Positions 51,683 through 52,475 of a stretch of DNA of 52,475 nt are shown piece after piece. The notes beneath the pieces were generated by a model. The model ran no database searches, was not told the origin of the DNA, and saw only the letters and a list, made by a program, of their open reading frames with translations. The stretch is taken from the NCBI GenBank assembly GCA_035392025.1, contig DAOPMC010000003.1, forward strand, positions 1 to 52,475. The letters are read 5' to 3'. The stretch is from Bacilli bacterium (GTDB lineage Bacteria > Bacillota_I > Bacilli_A > RF39 > UBA660). The position numbers and the translations under genes were made by a program. Each line of letters begins with the position of its first letter. The first letter of the stretch is position 1.

Positions 51683-52475
51683 TTTTTATATCACCAATTA
51701 TTAAATCAATAACTCTATTCTCATCTACTGTTCCACCTTTGGCTAGACATCCTCTTTTTTTGCCAATGATCTCAAGAGCTTCATAATATGATTCAGTATC
51801 ATAGTTATCTAAATTGTATTCATTTTTCAATATATTCGAATAATACTTATATAACATAGTAAGTATATAATCTACCACACTTTCTTTCGGTAAAATTTCT
51901 TCTTTGATAGCAGTCATAGACGCAAGGTTATTGGCAACTATTTTATTATCAAATTTAGGCCATAAAATTCCTGGAGAATCAAGTAAATCTATATCATTTG
52001 AAATTCTAATCCAATTTAAATTTTTAGTAACCCCTGGTCTATTACCAACACCTGCTACTTTTTTGCCAACTAATTTATTGATAAAAGTGCTCTTTCCAAC
52101 ATTTGGAATTCCAAGAACAAGCACCTTTATTTTTTTTTCTTTCAAGCCTTTGCTTATCCTTTTTTCTTGATTGTCTTTTTCTAAAGTATGAGTTATCTCA
52201 ATAATTTTATCAACATTCCCATGAATTAAATCACATGGGAATACTCTATATCCTTTATCTTCATACATTTTAATATATTTATCAGTCTCTTTTTTGTCAC
52301 ATAAGTCATATTTAGAAAAAATTAATATTCTATTCTTGTTTTTTATCAAATCATCTATATCTGGTATTTTAGATGATAACGGAATTCTAGCATCTATTAT
52401 TTCATAAATAACATCTATTAAATCAATTTTTTCTTTAATTTCGCGTTTAGTTTTTGCCATATGGCCTGGGTACCA
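51642..52475 (-). CDS. rbgA: ribosome biogenesis GTPase A (YlqF/RbgA), 5' end beyond the window
   Basis: Circularly permuted GTPase (SKYDL ... GIPNVGKST). The frame stays open upstream of the ATG at 52460 (WYPGH-MAKTKRE), so the gene is truncated by the window edge. Confidence 0.85.
   Translation of the reverse strand, partial: WYPGHMAKTKREIKEKIDLIDVIYEIIDARIPLSSKIPDIDDLIKNKNRILIFSKYDLCDKKETDKYIKMYEDKGYRVFPCDLIHGNVDKIIEITHTLEKDNQEKRISKGLKEKKIKVLVLGIPNVGKSTFINKLVGKKVAGVGNRPGVTKNLNWIRISNDIDLLDSPGILWPKFDNKIVANNLASMTAIKEEILPKESVVDYILTMLYKYYSNILKNEYNLDNYDTESYYEALEIIGKKRGCLAKGGTVDENRVIDLIIGDIKNEKIKGITFDRYE

Noticed and set aside
207-52170. Plus-strand track ORFs embedded in minus-strand genes (e.g. 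207..419, 1041..1313, 5219..5413, 8147..8407, 11430..11777, 19581..19940, 28265..28549, 42762..43070, 45587..46000, 51904..52170)
   Set aside because: These are shadow ORFs of AT-rich coding DNA. They have low-complexity, Leu/Ile/Phe/Ser-rich translations and no RBS, and each overlaps a well-supported gene on the other strand.

Overview
AT-rich Firmicutes chromosome segment (Erysipelotrichia/Clostridia-like) with almost every gene on the minus strand. Host backbone: the start of the dcw cluster (mraZ-rsmH-ftsL-pbpB-[180-aa ORF]-spoVD-like PBP, 40.3-46.1 kb), four membrane/secreted ORFs, then topA, rnhB and a partial rbgA. The spoVD-like PBP gene is split. Its 5' part is 40329..41585 and its 3' part is 34..723, and the two ends join in frame as GQGVSVTPI|QQVTAVSAIVNGG. 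Between them lies a ~39.6-kb integrative conjugative element (about 714..40346). The element carries: a large serine recombinase at the left edge; a 2182-aa DarB-like methylase/SNF2 polyvalent protein; a VirD4-type coupling protein; a relaxase with RHH accessory proteins and an oriT-like repeat region; a Gram-positive T4SS core (M23 hydrolase, VirB4, VirB3-, VirB6- and VirB2-like proteins); SSB; a Tad/CpaF-like pilus motor (ATPase plus two TadB/C-like platform proteins); three proteins sharing a pilin-like 45-aa N-terminal module (one an unlisted 45-aa ORF, one fused to BspA-type LRRs); a complete diversity-generating retroelement (target VR - TR - avd - RT); a MutS-domain-I-only protein; two ArpU/sigma-like regulators; and an XRE switch with a 34-bp perfect palindrome at the right edge. 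The DGR shows 15/15 adenine-specific TR-to-VR substitutions, and its target has a type IV prepilin N-terminus. The most interesting hypothesis is a conjugative element with its own pilus and a DGR-diversified pilin-like adhesin, a possible functional analogue of the R64 shufflon, parked in a sporulation PBP gene in the manner of skin/SPbeta. No rRNA, tRNA or CRISPR array was seen. All product calls rest on motif recognition by eye; no database search was run.
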